Made by a program: the position numbers and the translations under genes
In this document: positions 45,674 through 55,869 of the stretch, in pieces
Numbering within the stretch: position 1 is the first letter of the stretch
Layout: each line of letters starts with the position of its first letter
Assembly: GCA_964440985.1 (NCBI GenBank)
Contig: CAYTWE010000004.1
Span: 3,092 to 67,091, forward strand
Length of the DNA: 64,000 bases
Direction: 5' to 3'
From: an uncultured Lentisphaeraceae bacterium
GTDB taxonomy: Bacteria; Verrucomicrobiota; Kiritimatiellia; RFP12; UBA1067
The notes under the pieces: generated by a model
The model's input: the letters and a program-made list of their open reading frames with translations, nothing else
Told to the model about the DNA's origin: nothing
The model's database searches: none

Positions 45674-46712
45674 ATCGGCATCCTTTATCAAACCGAAATC
45701 CGATTGCCACTTGTCAAAGCAGCACGATAATCCTTGAAATCCGTGGCAAACAAACGATGTGTGGACACAACGACGCAGGGAGAGAAGCGGAGCGAGACCT
45801 TCAGGCGCATGGCCGCCCCTTCTTCATGCGCACACGCAGGACGACCTTACGGCGCGGCAGGGCGGCCAGCGAGATGGGTACGGATGCCAACCGTTGCCGC
45901 TCCTTGAGGAAGTCGCCGACCGCCTGAAGTTGGCACAAGGCGAAGGCAATCCGAAAAAGTGTACTAAAGACACTAAGAGCCAAGGTCAAGACCAACTTCA
46001 GAAGAAGCAAATGCACATTCGGAGCAACTGAATGCGACCATGGGTCATCGTGGCACAAATTCAGTCGCATATGCTCTGACAAGTGACAGCCGGAATCCAA
46101 TGTCAACCACCAATCCGCTTTTGGAGGTTCCCCAAATTTTTATTGGCGGACGAGGCGTCGCGCAGGTTGCGTCATCCGGTAGGGCGCGACGTCCCTGTCG
46201 CGCCGGGTTGTATCATGCGGGCGCGGAAGTTCGTTGCTTTCGCTGCGGTGAGTTCTGGAGTTTTGGAGTTCGGGGCGAATTGTGGAACGACCTCGCGCCT
46301 CCAAGCCTTCGAAACTCCCGGTAGCTAAAGCGACAGCAGCACTGCGGCATCTGCCCGCAGAAGATCTCTTCGAGGGTGTGCTGTGGACGCGCTCTGTGTT
46401 CCCGTAGCCGAGTTTTCACTTGGCGCAACGTGAAAACCGCGACATCGCCCTTTGTTTACAGCGGTTCAGAGATTTTCTTGCCCGAAAAAATGGGGGATCT
46501 CCAACCAATCCGCTTGGATTGCAATTCACCTGTCAGACACCTGACTGCTTGCGTTTGCTCTTGTATTGATTAAGAAGAAAAGCAAACGTGCGTCTTCAGA
46601 ACGTCAACTTCACAAGCGACACCCATCTGCCCTTCCGCCAGAATCAGCTTAAGCAGACGCCGACTTCTGACAGACGTAATCCAAATCGGCAAATACGCCA
46701 CACAACGAATGA

Positions 46713-46800
46713 TGGCGGAGGGGGGGGGATTCGAACCCCCGGTGGACTTGCGCCCACACAACCTTTCCAAGGTTGCACCATCGACCACTCGGACACCCCT
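46713..46800 (-). tRNA. tRNA-Ser (anticodon GGA), 88 nt with a long variable arm and an encoded CCA.
   Basis: The reverse complement is GGAGGGGTGTCCGAGTGGTCGATGGTGCAACCTTGGAAAGGTTG...GGGGGTTCGAATCCCCCCCTCCGCCA. The anticodon loop is uuGGAaa. It has a type-II tRNA cloverleaf. Confidence 0.85.
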
Positions 46801-46818
46801 CCAAACGAAAAACGGCAC

Positions 46819-46828
46819 ACATTATACC
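46819..46828 (-). promoter_or_regulatory. Extended -10 (TGGTATAATG) promoter 18 nt upstream of the tRNA-Ser 5' end.
   Basis: The reverse complement is TTTTGGTATAATGTGTGCC. Confidence 0.45.
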
Positions 46829-46900
46829 AAAACACCCCCACCGACGCAAGAGCCCCGCCTGAATGGCATCATGGTGCTGTATATCTGCCGATTTCGCAGA

Positions 46901-48565
46901 TCAGATGCGCTTTGGCGCGGCGATGCCGAGCAGGTCGAGACCTTTGGCAAGCACCCTGCCGAACAGCGCACACAGCTTAAGTCTTGCGTCACGAACCTCC
47001 AGCTCGCTCTTCAGTATCGGATTCTGCTGATAGAACGACGAGTATATCTGCGCCGTCTGGAACAGGTAGTCCGCAAGAAGCGAAGGTTTGTAGTTCTCGG
47101 CCGCCTTGCGCACGGTGTCCCCGAACTTGAGCAGCTGCAGCGCCAGAAGCTTCTCCGACTGCGATGCGACGTTGAAGCGGAACGAAGCGACATCCGGATT
47201 GCCGGCCTTCTCCATGAGCGAACATACGCGAGCGTGTGCGTACTGCAGATATGGGCCGGAGTTGCCTTCAAGCGCAAGTGCCTTGTCCCAGTTGAAGTCG
47301 ATCGCCGTTCCGGGGTCATGGCTGAGATCCGCATACTTCACCGCACCAAACCCGATCTGCTCGGCAAGCGCCTCGTCTCCGCCACGATCCTTCACGATAT
47401 CGTACGCCCGGCGCGTCGCCTCGGACAGAAGATCGTCAAGCTTGATCAGGTTGCCCTCACGCGTGGATATCGCCTTACCCTGATACGACATCAGTCCGAA
47501 CGGTACATGGACAAGCTTTGCCGTCATGCCCATCTTCCGGCAGATGATGAAGAACTGCTTGAAGTGAAGTATCTGGCGGTCATCCGTCACGTAGATGATC
47601 TCCGCCGGATCGTAGTCCCTGATGCGGCTCTCCACGCAAGCGATGTCCGACGTCGTGTAGTTGAATCCGCCGTCGGACTTCCTTACGATCGCAAGAGGCA
47701 ACCCCTCTTCCTCGAAACGGACTACGAGTGCGCCCTCCGACTCCTCAGCAAGCCCCATCTTCACGAGCCTATCCACGACAGGCGCCATCATGTCGCGGTA
47801 GAACGATTCACCGCGCCACGTATCGAACTTGACGCCAAGCTTGGCGTACATCCTGTTGAATTCGTTGATCGAAATTTCGATGAACCTCTTCCACAGCGCC
47901 ACATCATCAGGATCCCCCTGCTGCAGCTTCACCAGTTCTTCGCGACACGCCGCCTTCCAGGCTTCGTCAGCCTTTGCGCGTGAGGATGATTCCACATAGC
48001 ACTTCTCAAGCGTCGCCACGGCAAGATTGTCGCGCTCCTCCTGCGTAAGGCATTCGCGATATCCCTTGATGAGAATGCCGAACTGCGTCCCCCAGTCGCC
48101 AAGGTGGTTGTCCGCTATCACGTCATATCCGAGCGCACGGTACATCCTGTCTATCGCATTGCCGATCACCGTCGATCGGATGTGTCCGATATGCATCTGC
48201 TTCGCGGCGTTCGGCGACGAATAGTCGATCACAACCTTTCGACCGTCACCTATCTTGGCTATTCCGCAGTTGGAATCCGCCTCAAGCGCGGAAAGCGCAT
48301 TTCCGAGCCAGGCAGACGTTATCGTCACGTTCAGGAACCCAGGCCCCGCAACCTCCACCTTGTATTCGTCCGAGAGGCACTCGACGACTTTCTGCGCCGC
48401 CTCACGCGGATTCCTGAATCCGGCTTTCTTCGCAATTTTGAGCGCATCGTTGCACTGATAGTCGCCGAACTTTGGATCAGTGGCGGGCACCACCTTTATC
48501 TCCGGAATGTCCGTACCCGGAAAAGCCTTTTCAAATCCCTCTTTGAGCCATTCTGTAATCGTCAT
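46901..48565 (-). CDS. argS: Arginine--tRNA ligase.
   Basis: Arg-tRNA synthetase N-domain, HIGH-type motif (MHIGHIRSTVIG) and a DALR anticodon-binding C-terminal domain, about 555 aa. Confidence 0.9.
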   Translation of the reverse strand: MTITEWLKEGFEKAFPGTDIPEIKVVPATDPKFGDYQCNDALKIAKKAGFRNPREAAQKVVECLSDEYKVEVAGPGFLNVTITSAWLGNALSALEADSNCGIAKIGDGRKVVIDYSSPNAAKQMHIGHIRSTVIGNAIDRMYRALGYDVIADNHLGDWGTQFGILIKGYRECLTQEERDNLAVATLEKCYVESSSRAKADEAWKAACREELVKLQQGDPDDVALWKRFIEISINEFNRMYAKLGVKFDTWRGESFYRDMMAPVVDRLVKMGLAEESEGALVVRFEEEGLPLAIVRKSDGGFNYTTSDIACVESRIRDYDPAEIIYVTDDRQILHFKQFFIICRKMGMTAKLVHVPFGLMSYQGKAISTREGNLIKLDDLLSEATRRAYDIVKDRGGDEALAEQIGFGAVKYADLSHDPGTAIDFNWDKALALEGNSGPYLQYAHARVCSLMEKAGNPDVASFRFNVASQSEKLLALQLLKFGDTVRKAAENYKPSLLADYLFQTAQIYSSFYQQNPILKSELEVRDARLKLCALFGRVLAKGLDLLGIAAPKRI

Positions 48566-48598
48566 GATTTGCATCTCGGCGATGTTCCGCCGTCTCCG

Positions 48599-49126
48599 TC
48601 ACTTGCTGTTCTTCTTGAGTTTCTTGATTACCTTGTCGCGAGACCGCTCATCCATGTGGTCTACGTACAGTATGCCTTTCAGATGATCCGTCTCATGGCA
48701 GACGGCCCTCGCAAGAAAGCCGCGCACCGTTGCCATCTGCGGAACACCGCTGCAATCGACATACTGAACCGTAACCTCCTCCGGACGCGTAACGTCACCG
48801 CCGACGTTCGGGAGCGACAGGCACCCCTCTCGTCCCGTCTGCTCGCCGGATGTCGCCACAATCTCCGGATTGAAGAGCACAAGCGGCTGCTGCGTTCCGG
48901 CGTTGAAGAGCTTAGTCTCCTCGTCGTCCTCACAGCTCAGCGGAACATCTATCACGCAAAGCGCCTCGTCCCTGCCGACCTGCTCTGCCGCAAGTCCTAC
49001 ACCCTTGGCCTTGTACATGGTCTCAAGCATGTTTTCGGCAAGAGCCACAAGCTCCGGCGTCACCGCCACCTTGCGCGCCTTTACCCGCAGCTTATCACTG
49101 CCGTATTTTTCAATTGGAAGTATCAT
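48599..49126 (-). CDS. def: Peptide deformylase.
   Basis: GVGLAAEQVG, CLSLP (EGCLS motif) and HETDHL metal-binding motifs. Confidence 0.9.
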   Translation of the reverse strand: MILPIEKYGSDKLRVKARKVAVTPELVALAENMLETMYKAKGVGLAAEQVGRDEALCVIDVPLSCEDDEETKLFNAGTQQPLVLFNPEIVATSGEQTGREGCLSLPNVGGDVTRPEEVTVQYVDCSGVPQMATVRGFLARAVCHETDHLKGILYVDHMDERSRDKVIKKLKKNSK

Positions 49127-49179
49127 GTCTCCATCCGTTAAGTAAACCTATGCCTAAATCACGCCCGGCGCCGGCAGCC

Positions 49180-52113
49180 TCACTCGGCCACGCTTTCCGT
49201 CTTCGCAAGGCTACAGGCCTCAAGCGGCTTCTTCCCGCCGACTATGCACACTGACGGCTTCTTCGACAGTCTCTCAAGGACATCCGCGAAGCGAAGCAGA
49301 TCCTCTCGCTTCGTGGACAGTATCTCAGCCCTCACCCTGTCCAAGTCCTGAGGCGTGCGCCCGGAAAGATAAAGTTCGGATGCCCTCTGCGCCTCAAGCC
49401 TCGGCGAAAGGTACGGCTCCGTCTTTCCGATCGCCGAGACTACATACTTGTCAAAGTCGGCATTCGACTCACAGAACCTCCTGAGCGCCGCTCCTGTCTC
49501 GGCGATCTTTTCGAGCGAACGCGACGGATTGGGATCGCGGTACGTCATGTACTGCACGTCTCCATCGGGACGCACGGCAAGCCCCATGCCATAGGCTCCG
49601 CCAAGCACACGTATCTCGTTCCACAGATAATCGAGCGACAGTATGCGAGCGGCGACAAGCTGCGAGCCGCTGTAATCCACTCCATCCGGCAGACGCGCCG
49701 CAACGCCGGCATAAGCCACCTCCGCAGGAATGGTGAAGCCCTCTCCGCCCGACACCGAAGGAAGGACGGTCTTCCATTCCGCCGCTTTCACCGCTTCGCC
49801 ATCCGGCCATGCCTCGACAACCTCCGCCGCATACTCCGTCGGCATGTTGTCCGTCAGGCATACCGTAAGGCGGCTTCTCGTGAACACGCGCTTGGCGAAT
49901 CCGGAAAACCGCGCAAGCATCGGCTGTTCGACCTTGGCCTTCTGCAGCCAGCGAAGCTGAGAGAGACCAGAGATGACCTCATCCATCTCGTTCTGCCGCG
50001 AAAGACGCGCCCCCGCTCTGCGCATTGCGTATTTGTTGCCCGAACTCGCAACGCTAAGCTCAACGCCCTGACGCACCTGCTTGAGCAGATCGTCAACGGC
50101 TTTCGCATCGTCGAACTTCGTGCCGAGCAGAATCTCCTTCAACACGCGGAGGGCATCGGCACGTTTCGATTCAAGAGCGGCGATCTGAACCGTAAGATAC
50201 GGAGCGCCCGCCCCCTTCGCATCGTACACCGAAACACCCGCCGAGAAGCGTCCGAGGTTCGCATCCATCTCTCTCTTGAGTTCGAGAGCGCTGAAGCGTT
50301 CCGTCGCCACATCTCCAAGCAGGGATGAGAAGAACGGCATCTCGACAAGTTCGTCAGCAGCCATGTCGGCAAGCGAGAAATGCAGTTCGAGATAGAAGAT
50401 GCCGTCAGCGCCTACCTTTGGACGCAGCAGCGTCCGTCCGCCGACCGACGCAATCTCCTGCCTTATCTCCTCGCCCTTAAGCGGAATGTCCTTCACAGAA
50501 AGTGCAGGCAGCTTTGCGGTGGCTTCGGGGCTGTCCTTCGACTTCTGAAACTCCTTCAGCTTGGCGGCGGCGGACTTGACTTCAGAAATCTTCTTTTCGT
50601 CCCACCCCGCCATGACAGCGGCAAGTTTTGCCTCAAGCGCCTTTGCGCGCTCCTCGCCAAGCGTCGAAGACGGCTCAAGCGTAAGCTCCACATGATGCGC
50701 ATTGTCTATCAGCATTTCACGAAGGTAGCGCATGAACTCACCGGAACGTATCTTCTCCCGCATTGAGCCAAAGAGTTCCCTATAGCGGAAGCCGTCCGCA
50801 GGATCGCCGCCGTACAGCCAAGAGTCGTACGCAGCGGACATAAATGCCAGACCACGCGGATATGTTCCGGAATCCTTCTCCCGCGCAAGGAACTCGCATT
50901 TGTTCAGCACAGCCTCAAGCCGACTGCGGTCAAGGCCGTCGCGCACAAGCTTCTCCAACGTCTCGCGGACGACCTTGCGGCATTCTGACATCTTGTCTTT
51001 GGACGTGTTGCGGATCGTCAGCATCGCCGCAATCTGCTGTACACCCTCGGCATCCAGCTCGACATCCTCACACAGCCCCCTGTCGAGAAGCGCCTTCTTG
51101 AGAGGCGCCTCATTCGATCCGACAAGAGCATCGGAAAGCACGGCGAACGCAAGCCGCCTGTCGCGATCGTCAAACCGGCCGATGCCCCATCCATCGACGA
51201 GAATGTACTTGTCCTTGCCGTCATCGGCCACTTCGTACTTGACGGTGGCGCTTCCGGACACCGGCTTCTGGAACGGAATGTCGGCGTGTACGTCGGCACG
51301 TTCATAGTCTTTGAGAAATGAATCAAGCCGGGACAGCACGGCATCCAGATCAACCTTGCCGTCGAGGAATATGCGGGCATTGGACGGATGATAGAACCTT
51401 GCATGAAACGCCTTGTAGGCATCGAACGTCAAATCAGGTATGTGGTTTGGATCGCCGCCAGACTCCTTGGAGTAGCAGCAGTCCGGGAAGAGAAGTTTCA
51501 TCGTCTCCCAAAAAGCGACGGAATCCGGATTGGAGAACACTCCCTTCATTTCCGAGTACACGACGCCGTTCATGGTGAGTTTCCCGCCGTCGTCGAACTC
51601 GTAGTGCCATCCCTCCTGATCGAGCGCCATGCGGTTTTCAATCGATAGCGGATGCAGCACGGCATCCATGTATACGTCGATGAGATTGAGGAAATCGGCG
51701 TTGTTGCGGGTGGCGACCGGATATACAGTCTTGTCCGGATACGTCATCGCGTTGAGGAACGTGGCGAGCGAACTTTTCAGCAGATCCACGAACGGCTCCT
51801 TGACAGGATATTTGCGCGACCCGCAGAGAACGGAATGCTCCATTATGTGAGCGACGCCTGTATCATCCTCCGGAACAGTCTTGAACGCGATCGCAAACGT
51901 CTTGTTGTCGTCCTCACGCTCAAGCCACACGAGATCCGCGCCGTTTTTCGCATAGGTCATCCGCCATATCCGCCCCGGCACCTCCGGAAGCTCTGAGACC
52001 GACTGTACTGTGAAGTTGTGGATGTTGTCGCCTTGTTTCATTGCGTATGATGCCGACGCGCACAGAAGTGCCGTCAATGTTGCCGTAATACCAGATTTCA
52101 TGCTCACTGTCAT
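49180..52113 (-). CDS. Secreted M16-family zinc metallopeptidase (pitrilysin/PreP-like, with M16C-associated domain).
   Basis: Inverted zinc motif HIMEHSVLCGSRKYP (HxxEH), about 970 aa, signal peptide MKSGITATLTALLCASASYA. The start is either 52113 (near-leaderless) or 52101. Confidence 0.75.
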   Translation of the reverse strand: MTVSMKSGITATLTALLCASASYAMKQGDNIHNFTVQSVSELPEVPGRIWRMTYAKNGADLVWLEREDDNKTFAIAFKTVPEDDTGVAHIMEHSVLCGSRKYPVKEPFVDLLKSSLATFLNAMTYPDKTVYPVATRNNADFLNLIDVYMDAVLHPLSIENRMALDQEGWHYEFDDGGKLTMNGVVYSEMKGVFSNPDSVAFWETMKLLFPDCCYSKESGGDPNHIPDLTFDAYKAFHARFYHPSNARIFLDGKVDLDAVLSRLDSFLKDYERADVHADIPFQKPVSGSATVKYEVADDGKDKYILVDGWGIGRFDDRDRRLAFAVLSDALVGSNEAPLKKALLDRGLCEDVELDAEGVQQIAAMLTIRNTSKDKMSECRKVVRETLEKLVRDGLDRSRLEAVLNKCEFLAREKDSGTYPRGLAFMSAAYDSWLYGGDPADGFRYRELFGSMREKIRSGEFMRYLREMLIDNAHHVELTLEPSSTLGEERAKALEAKLAAVMAGWDEKKISEVKSAAAKLKEFQKSKDSPEATAKLPALSVKDIPLKGEEIRQEIASVGGRTLLRPKVGADGIFYLELHFSLADMAADELVEMPFFSSLLGDVATERFSALELKREMDANLGRFSAGVSVYDAKGAGAPYLTVQIAALESKRADALRVLKEILLGTKFDDAKAVDDLLKQVRQGVELSVASSGNKYAMRRAGARLSRQNEMDEVISGLSQLRWLQKAKVEQPMLARFSGFAKRVFTRSRLTVCLTDNMPTEYAAEVVEAWPDGEAVKAAEWKTVLPSVSGGEGFTIPAEVAYAGVAARLPDGVDYSGSQLVAARILSLDYLWNEIRVLGGAYGMGLAVRPDGDVQYMTYRDPNPSRSLEKIAETGAALRRFCESNADFDKYVVSAIGKTEPYLSPRLEAQRASELYLSGRTPQDLDRVRAEILSTKREDLLRFADVLERLSKKPSVCIVGGKKPLEACSLAKTESVAE

Positions 52114-52121
52114 GTTGTGGC

Positions 52122-52134
52122 GTATTATACCACA
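52122..52134 (-). promoter_or_regulatory. Extended -10 (TGTGGTATAATA) promoter for the M16 peptidase gene.
   Basis: The reverse complement is TGTGGTATAATA-cgccacaac-ATG. It sits immediately after the eno terminator. Confidence 0.5.
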
Positions 52135-52135
52135 C

Positions 52136-52180
52136 AAAAAAGGAAAACGGCGCATCCGCACCGGCGGATGCACCGTTTCC
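52136..52180 (-). terminator. Rho-independent terminator of eno.
   Basis: On the minus strand the sequence reads GGAAACGGTGCATCCGC-cggt-GCGGATGCGCCGTTTTCC followed by TTTTTT. Confidence 0.65.
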
Positions 52181-52199
52181 GTTATCCGAGAAGGTCGGT

Positions 52200-53492
<1,293 letters not shown>

Positions 53493-53523
53493 TTACTGTT
53501 CCTTAAGTGGAAAATTGCCGCGT

Positions 53524-53552
53524 AGTCTACCATCATCGCCCATGAAAGTCAA
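53524..53552 (-). promoter_or_regulatory. Sigma70 promoter TTGACT-17 nt-TGG-TAGACT for eno.
   Basis: Reverse complement of 53547-53552 is TTGACT; the spacer is exactly 17 nt; the extended -10 is TGGTAGACT (reverse complement of 53524-53532). The leader is about 28 nt with an AAGGAA RBS. Confidence 0.5.
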
Positions 53553-53585
53553 ACCGGCGCAAAAACGGAATTGTCGATTCCATGC

Positions 53586-54398
53586 TCAGCGACGCTGTCC
53601 GAAAAGCCATTCCAGCGCAGCGTCGTCGGCGTAGGTGCATGACCAGACATTGTGTCCGGCCTTCGGTATCTCATTGTATGTCACATTACCGCCGACGGAC
53701 TTCAGGGCATCCACCATGTCGCGGGAACGCTTCACCGGAACAACGCTGTCGGCGTCGCCATGGACTGCGCGAACCGGAAGCTCCTTCAGCCTCGGCGCAC
53801 AGGCGACGTCACCGCCGCCGCAGATTGGCATTGCTGCGGCGAACTTCTGCGGTTCGCGCTGTGCAATGTCCCACGTGCCGTAGCCGCCCATGGATATCCC
53901 GGTCACATAGACGCGATCCCGGTCAACCGGATATCTTGCCATGACGTCATCTATCAGCGCCATTGCCTTCGCCATGTTCACGGACGGCTCGGGGTTCATC
54001 GTGTGGGCAGGTGCGCTCCACGGAGTGTCCACCCACTGCGCCCCGTTCGGGCACTGCGGCGCAATGACGATCGCCTTCTGTCCGGTGCGTTCGCTGTAGC
54101 CGATGATCTGCGGCACTCCATGGACAAGCTGCGCAACGTTGTTCGTGCCGCGCTCGCCTGCACCATGCAGGAACAGCACCAGCGGCACCTTCTCCATCCA
54201 GCCGATGCCACGCGGAACGAATATGCGGTACTTCAGTCCATTGAAGTCGCAGGTCTGCGTGACGGTTTTCGCCCAGGCAAGATCCACCTTTTCGGGGACT
54301 TTCGCGTCTTCGGAGATTGTCGGAACGACCGTGCTGCATCCGGCCGCGAACAGCCCGGCAAGCATGCACACTGCAATTGGCTTGAAGATGTTTTTCAT
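53586..54398 (-). CDS. Lipoprotein alpha/beta-hydrolase esterase (phospholipase/carboxylesterase or PHB-depolymerase-like).
   Basis: Lipobox MKNIFKPIAVCMLAGLFAAGCS; oxyanion motif LFLHGAGE; nucleophile motif GISMGG. Start at 54398 (leaderless); the ORF-track upstream extension is rejected. Confidence 0.65.
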   Translation of the reverse strand: MKNIFKPIAVCMLAGLFAAGCSTVVPTISEDAKVPEKVDLAWAKTVTQTCDFNGLKYRIFVPRGIGWMEKVPLVLFLHGAGERGTNNVAQLVHGVPQIIGYSERTGQKAIVIAPQCPNGAQWVDTPWSAPAHTMNPEPSVNMAKAMALIDDVMARYPVDRDRVYVTGISMGGYGTWDIAQREPQKFAAAMPICGGGDVACAPRLKELPVRAVHGDADSVVPVKRSRDMVDALKSVGGNVTYNEIPKAGHNVWSCTYADDAALEWLFGQRR

Positions 54399-54404
54399 GG
54401 GACG

Positions 54405-54416
54405 GATTATACCACA
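54405..54416 (-). promoter_or_regulatory. Extended -10 (TGTGGTATAATC) 7 nt upstream of the esterase ATG (leaderless).
   Basis: The reverse complement is TGTGGTATAATC-cgtccc-ATG. Confidence 0.5.
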
Positions 54417-54446
54417 ACGCGATGCGCCGCCGCTCTTTTGCGGACA

Positions 54447-54455
54447 TGATACAAT
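54447..54455 (+). promoter_or_regulatory. Extended -10 (TGATACAAT) 7 nt upstream of the ubiE ATG; divergent, leaderless partner of the esterase promoter.
   Basis: The plus strand reads cggacaTGATACAAT-acgcggc-ATG. Confidence 0.45.
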
Positions 54456-54462
54456 ACGCGGC

Positions 54463-55140
54463 ATGAAAAGGATGTTTGGCAACATCGCCGGAAAGTACGA
54501 CAGGATGAACAGGATCATGTCCCTCTCGCTTGACCGGCTGTGGCGGCGCAAGTCGCTTGACGCGGTTCCGCCGCCGCATCCGGATAGCGTCCTCGACCTT
54601 GCCTGCGGAACCGGAGACTTCACGCTCGAACTTCTCAAGCGCTTTCCGAAGACATGTATCACCTGCGTGGACATCACGCCGGAAATGATCGATGTCGCAA
54701 AGGCAAAGCTCGCCGGACGCCAATCGGTGCGGTTTATGGTCGGCGACGCCCAGAACCTTTCCGGCATTCCTGACGGCTCATTCGGGCTTGCGGTGTGCGG
54801 ATTCGGATTCCGCAACTTCCCGGACAAGGCATCCGCGCTTGCGGAATGCAGGCGCGTACTCGCCGGAGACGGCAGACTTGTGGTGCTTGAGCTGTTTCGC
54901 CCGCAATCACGTTTCGTCGGGGCGATCGTCAACGCATGGCTTACGCTTGTCTCCTTTGTGTTCGCAAATGCGTTCGACAGGGAATACGCCTATCTCCGGC
55001 AATCCGTTTCAAGGACGGTCAGCGCAGATGAGTTTGCGAAAATGGCGGAGACTGCGGGGTTCTCCCTCATCGCCAGAAGATCACTGGTTCCTTCGGCGAC
55101 GGCCCTGGTCTTCGAAAGGCGAGACAGCGACGGTCAGTAG
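54463..55140 (+). CDS. ubiE: Demethylmenaquinone/ubiquinone C-methyltransferase (UbiE/MenG family).
   Basis: MKRMFGNIAGKYDRMNRIMSLSLDRLWRR (UbiE N-terminal signature) and the SAM motif VLDLACGTGD. This is the only plus-strand gene in the window. Confidence 0.8.
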   Translation: MKRMFGNIAGKYDRMNRIMSLSLDRLWRRKSLDAVPPPHPDSVLDLACGTGDFTLELLKRFPKTCITCVDITPEMIDVAKAKLAGRQSVRFMVGDAQNLSGIPDGSFGLAVCGFGFRNFPDKASALAECRRVLAGDGRLVVLELFRPQSRFVGAIVNAWLTLVSFVFANAFDREYAYLRQSVSRTVSADEFAKMAETAGFSLIARRSLVPSATALVFERRDSDGQ

Positions 55141-55784
55141 AGCAGATGCTGCCCGGCGTCCACCGGTATCACCGTTCCGGTCACGCACTCAGCCTCGAGC
55201 AGATATCGGACAGCTGAGGCCACATCTTCCGTGGTCGGCCTCCTGTCAAGGAGCATATCTCCGGAAGGCTCATGGACGCCGACCGGCGGCAGCACCGGGC
55301 CAGGCGCGACCGCGTTCACGCGAAGCGTCTGCGCAAACATGGCGGCATATTTCTTTGTATCCGCGAGCAGCTGGCGTTTCGTACGCGTGTATGCGGAATC
55401 GCCAGCCTCCATCGGACCGAGCGCACGGGAATCGAGGATGTTCACGACTGAACACTTCACGCCCTCGCGTCCGGCAAGGAGCGTCGTAAGTTTGCGAGGC
55501 GCAACGACGTTCAACGCCTCAAGCATCGCTTCGTCGCCCCGGAAGAGCGCGGCGTTGTTCACTATGGCGCAAAGATCCGGCGCGGCGGCAAGCGCGGCGG
55601 AATACAGCCTTGCAGGCCCGTCAGGGCTTGTGAGATCCACCACGAAATCCTCCGCTCCGGACTTCGCATGAGACGAAACAAGGACGCGCCATCCCGCCGT
55701 GCGCAGCGCATCCGCAATGCATTTGCCAAGCCGCCGGACACCGCCGGTGACAAGCACAGTCCCCAGATTTCTCTCTTCTGTCAT
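55134..55784 (-). CDS. Short-chain dehydrogenase/reductase, FolM/pteridine-reductase-like.
   Basis: VLVTGGVRRLG cofactor motif (TGGxRRIG as in FolM/PTR1), 216 aa. The transcript is leaderless. Confidence 0.55.
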   Translation of the reverse strand: MTEERNLGTVLVTGGVRRLGKCIADALRTAGWRVLVSSHAKSGAEDFVVDLTSPDGPARLYSAALAAAPDLCAIVNNAALFRGDEAMLEALNVVAPRKLTTLLAGREGVKCSVVNILDSRALGPMEAGDSAYTRTKRQLLADTKKYAAMFAQTLRVNAVAPGPVLPPVGVHEPSGDMLLDRRPTTEDVASAVRYLLEAECVTGTVIPVDAGQHLLY

Positions 55785-55790
55785 GCGCAG

Positions 55791-55796
55791 ATTATA
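55791..55796 (-). promoter_or_regulatory. -10 TATAAT (TGcTATAAT) 6 nt upstream of the SDR ATG (leaderless).
   Basis: The reverse complement is TTGCTATAAT-ctgcgc-ATG. Confidence 0.45.
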
Positions 55797-55869
55797 GCAA
55801 AATGGAACGTCCGGTTTTCATTGCTCTGCGCACCATGCGTGTGTCGGAGAATGTGCATCCGGGAAACGC

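Noticed and set aside
46097-46520. Two copies of CCAATCCGCTT (about 46110 and about 46505) in the non-coding gap, considered as att-like direct repeats.
   Set aside because: Only 11 nt of exact identity. The chance expectation within a 1-kb region is about 0.2, and there is no flanking integrase or other mobile genes, so the evidence is too weak.
49150-49185. Palindrome CCGGCGCCGG after the M16 peptidase stop, considered as a terminator.
   Set aside because: The stem is very short and lacks a loop or U-tract. It is more likely coincidental GC-rich symmetry; def follows immediately in the same orientation.
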